Assembly (NCBI GenBank): GCA_020832985.1 | Contig: JAJHRE010000001.1 | Span: forward strand, 28,776-92,775 | DNA length: 64,000 bases | Direction: 5' to 3' | From: Desulfurococcaceae archaeon | Lineage (GTDB): Archaea; Thermoproteota; Thermoprotei_A; Sulfolobales; NBVN01 | Shown here: piece after piece, positions 48,337 to 56,549 of the stretch | Layout of the letters: each line of letters opens with the position of its first letter | How positions within the stretch are numbered: position 1 is the first letter of the stretch | Position numbers and translations under genes: made by a program | Notes under the pieces: model-generated | The model's input: the letters and a program-made list of their open reading frames with translations, nothing else | What the model was told of the DNA's origin: nothing | The model's database searches: none

Positions 48337-48846
48337 GTGATGATTGTAATTACGGTTAAAGACGGTAAATTCGTGGTTAGTAGTGGGTTTAGTGAGGTTA
48401 AGGAGCTTAGTATAGGTAATTACGTTAAATCATTAGGTAGTGTAGTATTGGATATCTCAGAGGTTGCCTACATAATCTATAAGGGTTTAGGTAAGTTAAT
48501 GATTGATTCTGAGGAATTATCACTTGATGACCTCTTCACTAGATATTCTAAAAGCCCTAACGACTGGATTAAGTTTGTAGTCTTACATGATTTGAGGGAG
48601 AGGGGTAGGAAGGCTAGAGCTGGTTTCTCAGATAACTCATTAATCTACGAATACAACGGTAAGTACTTAGTCTATGTGTGTGAGGAGAACTCACCAATAA
48701 CACCTAACGACTTAGTCAGTTGGGTCTCATCAGCTCTATCGAAAGGTTATCAACCCTTAATAGCTGTTGTCGACGCTCACGGAGACGTCACTTACTATGA
48801 ATTACTTAACGTGAGAGCTCATGAGTTGAAGGAGGTGATTGTTTGA
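48337..48846 (+). CDS. endA: tRNA-splicing endonuclease subunit, probably the non-catalytic (structural, beta) subunit
   Basis: EndA C-terminal domain pattern ...VVLHDLRERGRKARAGF...GKYLVYVCEEN...LSKGYQPLIAVVDAHGDVTYYEL. The positions aligned by eye with the catalytic Tyr and His read L and G/K. Confidence 0.55.
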   Translation: MMIVITVKDGKFVVSSGFSEVKELSIGNYVKSLGSVVLDISEVAYIIYKGLGKLMIDSEELSLDDLFTRYSKSPNDWIKFVVLHDLRERGRKARAGFSDNSLIYEYNGKYLVYVCEENSPITPNDLVSWVSSALSKGYQPLIAVVDAHGDVTYYELLNVRAHELKEVIV

Positions 48847-50129
48847 TGAGGATTAAGGTAGAACCAGTTAGGGGTTTAAGAGATGTACTACCGCCTGAGT
48901 CAGAGGTTTTCAGAGTATTAGTAAATAAGTTCGTAAGTGTTGTTAGGTCTTACGGATATCAAGAAGTCATACCACCAACTATAGAGTTATTTGAGTTATT
49001 CGCTACTAAGTCAGGTCCTGAGATAAGTAGGTCTATGTATGTCTTTAAGGATAAGGCAGGTAGGGAAGTATGTTTAAGACCTGAATTAACGGCTAGTGTT
49101 GTTAGGATATACATAAGGTCCCTACTAGCTGAGGTGAAGCCCATAAAGTTATTCTACGTAGGTAACGCATTTAGATATGAAGAACCTCAACTAGGTAGGT
49201 ATAGAGAGTTCACCCAAGTAGGTGTTGAATTAATAGGTGATGATAGTATCTACTCAGATATAGAGTTATTTCTGATATTGAGAGATTACTACAGGTCCTT
49301 AGGCTTAAAGGAATACTTAATCAAGATTAATGACGTAGGTATTCTAAGAGGTTTATTTAACTTATGGGGTATTAATGAAGATACTCAAGACTTAATACTC
49401 CATTACATGGATAAGGGATTATTCGATAATGCGACTTCATTAATCCGTAATAATACTAAAGCTGATTTAGGATTATTTAATGAGTTAACCAGTATTAAGA
49501 CTGAAGAACCTGAGGACTTAATTGTTAAGTCATCCAGCATCAACCTACCTGAAGGTATTAGTGAGAGGGTTAGGAGGTTATATGAGGTTACATCAATAAT
49601 TAAGAAATTAGGTATTAATAAGGTATTAATAGACTTAAGTTTTGCTAGGGGTTTAGCATATTATACAGGACTGATATTCGAGATCACCGTACCGAATTTA
49701 AACATAAGTATCGGTGGTGGTGGTAGGTATGATAAGTTGGTTGAACTTTATGGAGGTCCTCCAACACCTGCTACAGGGTTTGCGTTAGGTGTTGAGAGGA
49801 CTTACCTAGCTCTGAAGAACTTAGGTCTTACTGAGAACTTATTAAACGATGTTAAAGTCATGATCATATCCTTAGTCAATGATTACGTATATGTTGATAA
49901 AGTTGCAACCTCCTTAAGAAGTCTTAACTACATCACTAACGTAAGATTCGTTAGTAAGGGCAGGTTAGGAGATCTTTTAGGTGTAGCCAGTAGGAAAGGT
50001 TATAGATATGTCGTCGTTATCGGTGAGAAAGAAGTCAGTACTGGTAAGGTAAGTGTTAAAGACTTATTAAATAGACGTCAAGAAGATGTTGAAGTAGATA
50101 ACATAGTTAAGTATTTCGGTGGTAGTTAA
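48843..50129 (+). CDS. hisS: Histidine--tRNA ligase
   Basis: GLRDVLP, LRPELT, FRYEEPQLGRYREFTQ, GGGGRYD, plus an anticodon-binding domain. Confidence 0.95.
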   Translation: MMRIKVEPVRGLRDVLPPESEVFRVLVNKFVSVVRSYGYQEVIPPTIELFELFATKSGPEISRSMYVFKDKAGREVCLRPELTASVVRIYIRSLLAEVKPIKLFYVGNAFRYEEPQLGRYREFTQVGVELIGDDSIYSDIELFLILRDYYRSLGLKEYLIKINDVGILRGLFNLWGINEDTQDLILHYMDKGLFDNATSLIRNNTKADLGLFNELTSIKTEEPEDLIVKSSSINLPEGISERVRRLYEVTSIIKKLGINKVLIDLSFARGLAYYTGLIFEITVPNLNISIGGGGRYDKLVELYGGPPTPATGFALGVERTYLALKNLGLTENLLNDVKVMIISLVNDYVYVDKVATSLRSLNYITNVRFVSKGRLGDLLGVASRKGYRYVVVIGEKEVSTGKVSVKDLLNRRQEDVEVDNIVKYFGGS

Positions 50130-51061
50130 TGAATTTAGAGGAGGTTGTAGATGTTGAGGTAAGTCCTGAGTTAAGCGTTAAAGAACTCATAGAAATTTAC
50201 GGAAGAGTCCACGGGTTCGTTGCAGGACACCTTTACGAAGCTATCAAAATCCTAGATGAGATGTTATACAATACTGACTTAAGATTCTTATCATTTACAG
50301 GTAATTTAATCTCTACAGGTTTGAGGGGTTTAATAGCTCAGTTAATTTCTGAGGAAGTATTTAATGTTGTAATAACTACATGCGGTACTGTAGACCATGA
50401 TATAGCTAAGTCTTTAGGGGGTAAGTACTTAAAGAGTTCATTCGATGTTGATGATAGTAAGTTGAGGGAGTTAGGCTACCATAGAATAGGGAATATAATA
50501 GTACATCAAAACCATTACGGTAAGTTGATAGAAGAGTTTGTTAAGGGTTTAATAAGTGATTTAGTGAGGATGAAGAATGTATGGGGTGTTAGGGAATTAC
50601 TCCGTGAGGTAGGTTTGAGACTTAATGATAGGAAGTCAATACTCTACAATGCCTCCAGACATAACGTCCCAGTATATGTCCCAGGTATAGTTGATGGTGC
50701 TTTCGGGACAGCCCTCTTCATACAATCACAGTTCTACGACTTCAGATTAGACCTGTTTAAGGATATGAAGGAGTTATCAGACCTAGTATTTAGTTCTAAG
50801 AAGTCAGGTGCGTTAATAATTGGTGGTGGTATAAGTAAGCATCATACACTATGGTGGAATCAATTTAAGGATGGCTTAGACTATGCAGTATATATAACTA
50901 CTGCTAATGAGTGGGATGGGAGTTTAAGCGGTGCTAGGACTAAAGAAGCTATTAGTTGGGGTAAGATAAGCACCTCAGGTAAGCATGTAGTAGTATACTC
51001 TGACGCTACAGTAGTCTTACCTATAATAGCCGTATACCTAATCTCTAAGAAGAGAGAATAA
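50129..51061 (+). CDS. dys: Deoxyhypusine synthase
   Basis: ...GNLISTGLRG...TTCGTVDHD...IIGGGISKHH...EAISWGK... Confidence 0.9.
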   Translation: MNLEEVVDVEVSPELSVKELIEIYGRVHGFVAGHLYEAIKILDEMLYNTDLRFLSFTGNLISTGLRGLIAQLISEEVFNVVITTCGTVDHDIAKSLGGKYLKSSFDVDDSKLRELGYHRIGNIIVHQNHYGKLIEEFVKGLISDLVRMKNVWGVRELLREVGLRLNDRKSILYNASRHNVPVYVPGIVDGAFGTALFIQSQFYDFRLDLFKDMKELSDLVFSSKKSGALIIGGGISKHHTLWWNQFKDGLDYAVYITTANEWDGSLSGARTKEAISWGKISTSGKHVVVYSDATVVLPIIAVYLISKKRE

Positions 51062-51085
51062 CCACCCCCAACCAGTAACATCAGT

Positions 51086-52360
51086 TTATATACTGTACAG
51101 ACGTCCTCTTAAATCATAGTACGTTGCATCAGTTATAACTACATCAACACTACTACCTACTCTTAAGTCTTCATGTATTACTACTGGTTTATAATTATAT
51201 GTCCTACAGATTAATGAATTCCTCCTAAACCCTTTAGCTACTACTAAGACCTTAGCTAAACTCCCAACATACTCCTTATTTATCTTCATACCTACCTCCT
51301 CAACAATCCTCGTTAGTTGGGAAGACCTCAACTTCTTAACTCCCTCACTTACTTGAGGCATTGCTGAAGCCTCAGTTCTAGGTCTTGGAGTATACTGTGC
51401 TATATGTACTTTATCTGGTTGTACCTCATTAATCACCTTAACAGTATTCTCGAATTCTTCATCACCTTCACCTGGATGCCCGACTATTACATCTGTAGCT
51501 ATTGATATCCCAGGTATCTTCCTCCTTAACTCCCTAACTATACCTACGAACGTGTCTACTGAGTACTTCCTATTCATTATCTTAAGTACCTTGTCATCAC
51601 CGCTTTGGAGGGGTATGTGGAGGTATTTAAACACCTTAGGTTCTTTAAGAACCTCAATTAACTCATCAAGAATTGGTTCTATGGTATCAGGGTTCGCCAT
51701 ACCTACTCTAATCATGTAATTACCATCAACGTTATCTATAATCATCCTAAGGAGTTTAGGTAGGTTTACATTTCCTAGGTCTAGACCGTAAGATGCTGTA
51801 TCCTGAGCTGTTAACTCAACCTCTACAACACCCTTACCTACTACCTCCCTAACAACACCTACTATTAACTCAGGTTTATAGCTTACTAACCTCCTACGTG
51901 CTAACTTAACTATACAGTATGAACAATTACCTAAGCAACCCTCAGCTATAGGTATTGAAGCTATGGCTCCCTCAACACTACATACTAGTTTTGAAGTATC
52001 TCTAACACCTATTATTAAGTTAACTATTGAGTTAGACTCTACAGCATCTACTATCCTAACGATATTTTGAGGTGATATCAATGATGCTGTAGGGACTACC
52101 TGCTTCAAAGTATATGGTTGTGTAGCAACCATACATCCAGTAATTACTAACTTCTTATTCAGCCTGCTTAACTCCTTAAGCCTCTTTAAAATCCTCTCCT
52201 CACTATCCCTACGGACTGTACATGTATTAACCACTACTACATCAGCATCTGAAACTTCTCCAACGATTTCATGACCCCTACTAATCAGTAACGCCTTCAT
52301 TAATGATGAATCAGCTTTATTTAACGCACATCCGTAAGTCTCTATATATACTCTCATCAA
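51086..52360 (-). CDS. Radical-SAM methylthiotransferase, archaeal MiaB/MtaB (CDKAL1-like)
   Basis: UPF0004 N-domain YIETYGCALNKADS, radical-SAM CLGNCSYC and a C-terminal TRAM domain. Confidence 0.85.
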   Translation of the reverse strand: MMRVYIETYGCALNKADSSLMKALLISRGHEIVGEVSDADVVVVNTCTVRRDSEERILKRLKELSRLNKKLVITGCMVATQPYTLKQVVPTASLISPQNIVRIVDAVESNSIVNLIIGVRDTSKLVCSVEGAIASIPIAEGCLGNCSYCIVKLARRRLVSYKPELIVGVVREVVGKGVVEVELTAQDTASYGLDLGNVNLPKLLRMIIDNVDGNYMIRVGMANPDTIEPILDELIEVLKEPKVFKYLHIPLQSGDDKVLKIMNRKYSVDTFVGIVRELRRKIPGISIATDVIVGHPGEGDEEFENTVKVINEVQPDKVHIAQYTPRPRTEASAMPQVSEGVKKLRSSQLTRIVEEVGMKINKEYVGSLAKVLVVAKGFRRNSLICRTYNYKPVVIHEDLRVGSSVDVVITDATYYDLRGRLYSI

Positions 52361-52436
52361 TACCTAGTTTTGCTACACTATCTATGAATTTAAAAGTTTA
52401 GCATTCGTAATATCCTTAGGTGAGAGTATAGCTGAT

Positions 52437-52844
52437 GTGTTAAGATATGAAGACCTACTAGATAGACTTTACAGTAGATTGCCTACTAAAGGACCTACAC
52501 AACCTATAGAGCTACCACAATTAGATGTAGTTCATGTAGGGCTACACACACATATTAAGAACTTTAAAGAAGTTTGTGATAGGATTAGGAGGGAGCCTAG
52601 GATCGTTATGAGGTACTTACTTAAGGAATTAGCTGCTAAGGGTTCTTTAGACGATTCTAATAACTTAACAATATTTAGTAGGATCTCATCACAAACCCTT
52701 AACACATTATTTAACAGATTCTTAATGAGTTATGTTAGATGTAGTACCTGCGGCTCCTTCGATACTATACTTAAGAAGCAGGGTAAGGTCTGGATAATAT
52801 CGTGTCTAGCGTGTGGTGCTGAAACACCTGTAAAGCCTGTCTAG
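52437..52844 (+). CDS. eif2b: Translation initiation factor 2 subunit beta (aIF2-beta)
   Basis: YEDLLDRLYSRLP... and the C-terminal zinc ribbon CSTCGSFDT...CLACGA. Confidence 0.9.
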   Translation: MLRYEDLLDRLYSRLPTKGPTQPIELPQLDVVHVGLHTHIKNFKEVCDRIRREPRIVMRYLLKELAAKGSLDDSNNLTIFSRISSQTLNTLFNRFLMSYVRCSTCGSFDTILKKQGKVWIISCLACGAETPVKPV

Positions 52845-52856
52845 TGTTGAGGTACT

Positions 52857-53156
52857 ATGTACATCTACATTAAAATCCATTACGAGGGAGGGAATCCTGT
52901 AGTACTTGCAGCATGTGATGAAGACTTAATAGGTAAGGTGATGAAGGAGGGAGATATAATATTAGATGTAAGTGTTGATTTCTTTAAGGGGTTTAAAGTC
53001 CAGGTGGATGAACTACCTCAGTACTTAGAGAGTGTTATGTCAGCTATATTAATAGGTGAGAACGTAGTTAGTAAGGCGATCGAGAGTGGTTACGTACATC
53101 CCGAGACAGTGTTAAGAGTTAATAACGTACCCTACGCACACTTTATTAAGATTTAG
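52857..53156 (+). CDS. DUF424-family protein
   Basis: 99 aa with ...VVLAACDEDLIGK... Its position directly after aIF2-beta matches other archaea. Confidence 0.6.
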   Translation: MYIYIKIHYEGGNPVVLAACDEDLIGKVMKEGDIILDVSVDFFKGFKVQVDELPQYLESVMSAILIGENVVSKAIESGYVHPETVLRVNNVPYAHFIKI

Positions 53157-53165
53157 GGGGATTGT

Positions 53166-54185
53166 TTGAGAAGGTTTTGTGTGAAATGTGGTGTTGAAGA
53201 GCCTGAATTAATCATAGATAGGTTATGTGTGAAGTGTTTTATTGATGAGGGTAGAGCTATAAAGCCTCCTAACAACGTTGAGTTAGTTATATGTCCTATC
53301 TGCGGTTCTGTTAAATACGGTAATAAGTGGTTAGAGGCTGTAGACCTTCATGACTTCATTAAAGACTTAATACTGAGAGGTACTAACTTCCATAAAGATT
53401 TTAAGTTAACATCTTTAGAAGTCAGTATAGTTGATAATAAAGTAGTAGCACGTTTTAGAGGGTCTATACTAGGTGTTGAGGTGTCTAAGGACTACTCCAT
53501 AGACTTAATAGTTAATAAGGTTTTATGTCAGCAATGTTCTAGGATTAAAAGTGGTTATTATGAGGCCTTAATTCAGATACGGACACTACTTAATCCTTTG
53601 AGGGAGTATTTAAGGGATAAGATTGACGATATGATGAGGTCTACACCCATCTCTAGATACGTTTCAGAGATAGAACACGTTAGAGAAGGTATTAACGTTA
53701 AGGTATTGAGTCAAGGTATTGCTAGGAAGTTAGCTAACGACTTAACTAGTATGTATGGGGGAGTCGTTTTAGAGTCGTGGAAGGGTACTACAACATCTAG
53801 TAGTGGTAAGAAGACCTCAAAACTTACGATCTCTGTTAAGTTAGTAGGTTTACTACCAGGTGACTTCGTAGTCTTTAAGGACAGAGTTGGTGTCATAGAC
53901 AGCGTATCTAAGGAATTAATTAAGGTCTTGATGTTAGACTCTGGTGAGTTAGTGAAGTTGAGGGTTCAGGACTTAAATACTAATGAGTTAAGGTTATTAA
54001 GTAATGATGAGTATGAGTTAGTTAGTGCTTATATAGATGGTGTAGTTAGTGGTAAGGTCTTAGTTAAGGATTTAGTTAGTGGTAAGACCTACGAACTACC
54101 TATGGTAGGTGATGTCAGAGTTGGTTCTAAGGTTAAGTTATTAATTTATAGGGATAGAATTTACTTAGTTAATACTAGGAAGTGA
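53166..54185 (+). CDS. NMD3-family ribosome biogenesis/export adaptor homolog
   Basis: N-terminal double zinc motif CVKCG...CVKC...CPICGS, with the length and domain order typical of archaeal NMD3. Confidence 0.75.
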   Translation: MRRFCVKCGVEEPELIIDRLCVKCFIDEGRAIKPPNNVELVICPICGSVKYGNKWLEAVDLHDFIKDLILRGTNFHKDFKLTSLEVSIVDNKVVARFRGSILGVEVSKDYSIDLIVNKVLCQQCSRIKSGYYEALIQIRTLLNPLREYLRDKIDDMMRSTPISRYVSEIEHVREGINVKVLSQGIARKLANDLTSMYGGVVLESWKGTTTSSSGKKTSKLTISVKLVGLLPGDFVVFKDRVGVIDSVSKELIKVLMLDSGELVKLRVQDLNTNELRLLSNDEYELVSAYIDGVVSGKVLVKDLVSGKTYELPMVGDVRVGSKVKLLIYRDRIYLVNTRK

Positions 54186-54191
54186 TTATGG

Positions 54192-54512
54192 ATGAGTAAG
54201 AAGGATAAAACCAACGAAACTAAGGAGTTGTTGACTCCAGCTGAAGGTGAGGTTATATGTGTTGTTACTGATATTATAGGAGCTAATTACGTAAGAGCTA
54301 CCTGTATGGATGGAGTTACTAGGGTCTGTAGGATTCCTGGTAAGTTGAGGAAGAAGGTATGGATAAACATTAAGGATGTTGTATTAGTAGCTGTTTGGGA
54401 GTTTCAGAAAGATAGAGGTGATATAGTTCATCGTTACGAGAGGTCTGAACGTAAGAAGTTGATAGAGTTAGGATTGCTTAGTAAGGAGTTATTAGAGGGT
54501 GGTTCTGAATAG
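54192..54512 (+). CDS. eif1a: Translation initiation factor 1A (aIF1A)
   Basis: An S1/OB core: GEVICVVTDIIGANYVRATCMDGVTRVCRIPGKLRKKVWINIKDVVLV. Confidence 0.9.
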   Translation: MSKKDKTNETKELLTPAEGEVICVVTDIIGANYVRATCMDGVTRVCRIPGKLRKKVWINIKDVVLVAVWEFQKDRGDIVHRYERSERKKLIELGLLSKELLEGGSE

Positions 54513-55318
54513 GTAGTAAAGACATTGATAAGTATTTAGATATATACTACAGAGTTACTGGTAAGGAAAGGAGGGAAGTTGATAAGGACTTATTTGAAAC
54601 TGTTGAAGAGGTCTTTGATTCAGCTACAGTATTAGCTGTTATTGAGTTAAGTAGGAGGAAGGTTATTTACGAACTTAAAGGTGTTGTAAGTGCTGGTAAG
54701 GAGTCAAGAGTTTATTGGGGTAAGTCTTTTAAGGGTGAGGATCTAGCTGTTAAGATATACTTAACATCATCTGCTGAGTTTAGGAAGGGGATGATTAAGT
54801 ATTTAGTAGGGGATCCTAGATTTAAGACCATACCCAAATCTACTAGGAAGTTAGTGATCACATGGGCACGTAAGGAGTTTAAGAATTTAAGTCTTATGTA
54901 CGACGTAGGTGCTAGAGTTCCTAAACCTATAGCTCAGTATGAGAATGTGTTAGTTATGGAGTTCTTAGGTGAGGATGGTGTTAGAGCACCACTACTTAAG
55001 GAAGTCACATTAGAATCTAACGAATATGAGGAAATATTCTATGAATTAATCGAGGATGTGAGGAAGATCTATAGATATGCTGGTTTAGTACATGGAGACT
55101 TAAGTGAGTATAATGTAATGATATACCGTGGAAAACCGTATATAATAGATGTTAGTCAGGCAGTAAAGACGACACATCCAAATTCCTACGACTTACTAGT
55201 ACGTGATATAGGGAACTTAGTTAGATTCTTCAGAAGTGTTGGTGTTAACACCCCTGAAGTTAATGAGTTATTTGAGTATATTATCGGTGAGAAGTTAGGT
55301 GAGTTAAGTGAGGGTTAG
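54509..55318 (+). CDS. rio1: Rio1-type serine protein kinase
   Basis: The nucleotide loop SAGKESRVYWG and AVKIY lysine lie upstream of the ORF-track start (ATG 54791). The catalytic HGDLSEYN and metal-binding IDVSQAV lie downstream. The frame is open from 54509 with no ATG/GTG/TTG before 54791, so the 5' end is provisional (ATA 54509). Confidence 0.85.
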   Translation: MGSKDIDKYLDIYYRVTGKERREVDKDLFETVEEVFDSATVLAVIELSRRKVIYELKGVVSAGKESRVYWGKSFKGEDLAVKIYLTSSAEFRKGMIKYLVGDPRFKTIPKSTRKLVITWARKEFKNLSLMYDVGARVPKPIAQYENVLVMEFLGEDGVRAPLLKEVTLESNEYEEIFYELIEDVRKIYRYAGLVHGDLSEYNVMIYRGKPYIIDVSQAVKTTHPNSYDLLVRDIGNLVRFFRSVGVNTPEVNELFEYIIGEKLGELSEG

Positions 55319-55391
55319 TTCAGAGCTAATTGATGATCTTGTTAATAAGCTTAAATTAATTTCTTAAGAGATCTCAGTTATGGTGTAGTAA

Positions 55392-56000
55392 GTGAGCTCT
55401 AAGGATGTGAAGCCTCAGGTATTACCTGGAGTTCTGAAGATGTATGTTAGAGTACCTCCAGAGAGGATTAAGGTTTTAGTAGGTAGTAAGTATGAGGTCA
55501 TTAAGGAATTAGAGGCTAGGACTCAAACTAAGATAAAAATAGATGAGGTAAACTGTTATGCTACTATAGAACCAGCATCACCTAATACACCAGTCATTAA
55601 CGTTATGAAGGCTAAGGAATTCATAAACGCTATAGCTGTAGGTTTCACACCTGAGAAGGCTTGGAGGTTATTAGATGAGGATCAGATACTCATAGTTATA
55701 GATTTAAAGAAAGTTGTTGGTGATTCTCAAAACCACTTAACAAGGGTGAAGGGTAGGATCATCGGTGAGGATGGTAGGGTTAAGAAGAATATAGAGGAGA
55801 TCACCGGTACGTATATATCGATCTACGAAGACTTCATAGCTATTATAGGTGATTATGAGAGTGCTGACGTAGCTAGGAATGCTATAGAAATGCTAATCCA
55901 AGGTAGACAACACTCAACAGTATATAAATACCTAGATAAGGCAGTCCACGAACTTAAAAGTAAACGTACCTCAAGCTTATGGTATAACGAACCTAGGTAG
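55392..56000 (+). CDS. KH-domain RNA-binding protein (Dim2/Pno1-like)
   Basis: Two KH modules (...RIKVLVGSKYEVIKELEARTQTKI... and ...RIIGEDGRVKKNIEEITGTYISI...). It follows the conserved aIF1A-Rio1-KH gene order. Confidence 0.75.
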   Translation: MSSKDVKPQVLPGVLKMYVRVPPERIKVLVGSKYEVIKELEARTQTKIKIDEVNCYATIEPASPNTPVINVMKAKEFINAIAVGFTPEKAWRLLDEDQILIVIDLKKVVGDSQNHLTRVKGRIIGEDGRVKKNIEEITGTYISIYEDFIAIIGDYESADVARNAIEMLIQGRQHSTVYKYLDKAVHELKSKRTSSLWYNEPR

Positions 56001-56014
56001 ATACTACCTTATAA

Positions 56015-56070
56015 TAATGTGATGAGGTAATGTAGCTGATCGGTGATGTAGGGCCAAAGCTCTGAACACT
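56015..56070 (+). ncRNA. C/D-box sRNA
   Basis: C GTGATGA (56019-56025), 10 nt, D' CTGA (56036-56039), TCG, C' GTGATGT (56043-56049), 12 nt AGGGCCAAAGCT, D CTGA (56062-56065). This is the canonical archaeal architecture in a 93-bp gap. Confidence 0.65.
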
Positions 56071-56093
56071 ATATTATAAATATTAATACGTTA

Positions 56094-56241
<148 letters not shown>

Positions 56242-56302
56242 CCACAGCTCATCAAATTACTTATACAGTGTAGAGTTTATATATGTTTAACCTTAGTTAA
56301 TT

Positions 56303-56494
56303 ATGGTTAAATCCATGAGTAGATACTTACTAAGGTGTAGGGAATGCGGTACTGTGTGGGAGTTAAGGGTTAGTTATAGTCTTAAAGACTTTCAACAGCT
56401 ATATCATTACTGTAGCGTATGCGGTAAAAACACATTCCACGATATAGTTAGGAATGAGTCAGCGGAGGTACATGACATCATAGGCAACAGATGA
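56303..56494 (+). CDS. Hypothetical small zinc-ribbon protein
   Basis: 63 aa with CRECG...CSVCG. Confidence 0.4.
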   Translation: MVKSMSRYLLRCRECGTVWELRVSYSLKDFQQLYHYCSVCGKNTFHDIVRNESAEVHDIIGNR

Positions 56495-56549
56495 TAGAAT
56501 TTCATCATCTAATTAACATATGATAATGTGGTTAATTAATTTATCTTAA

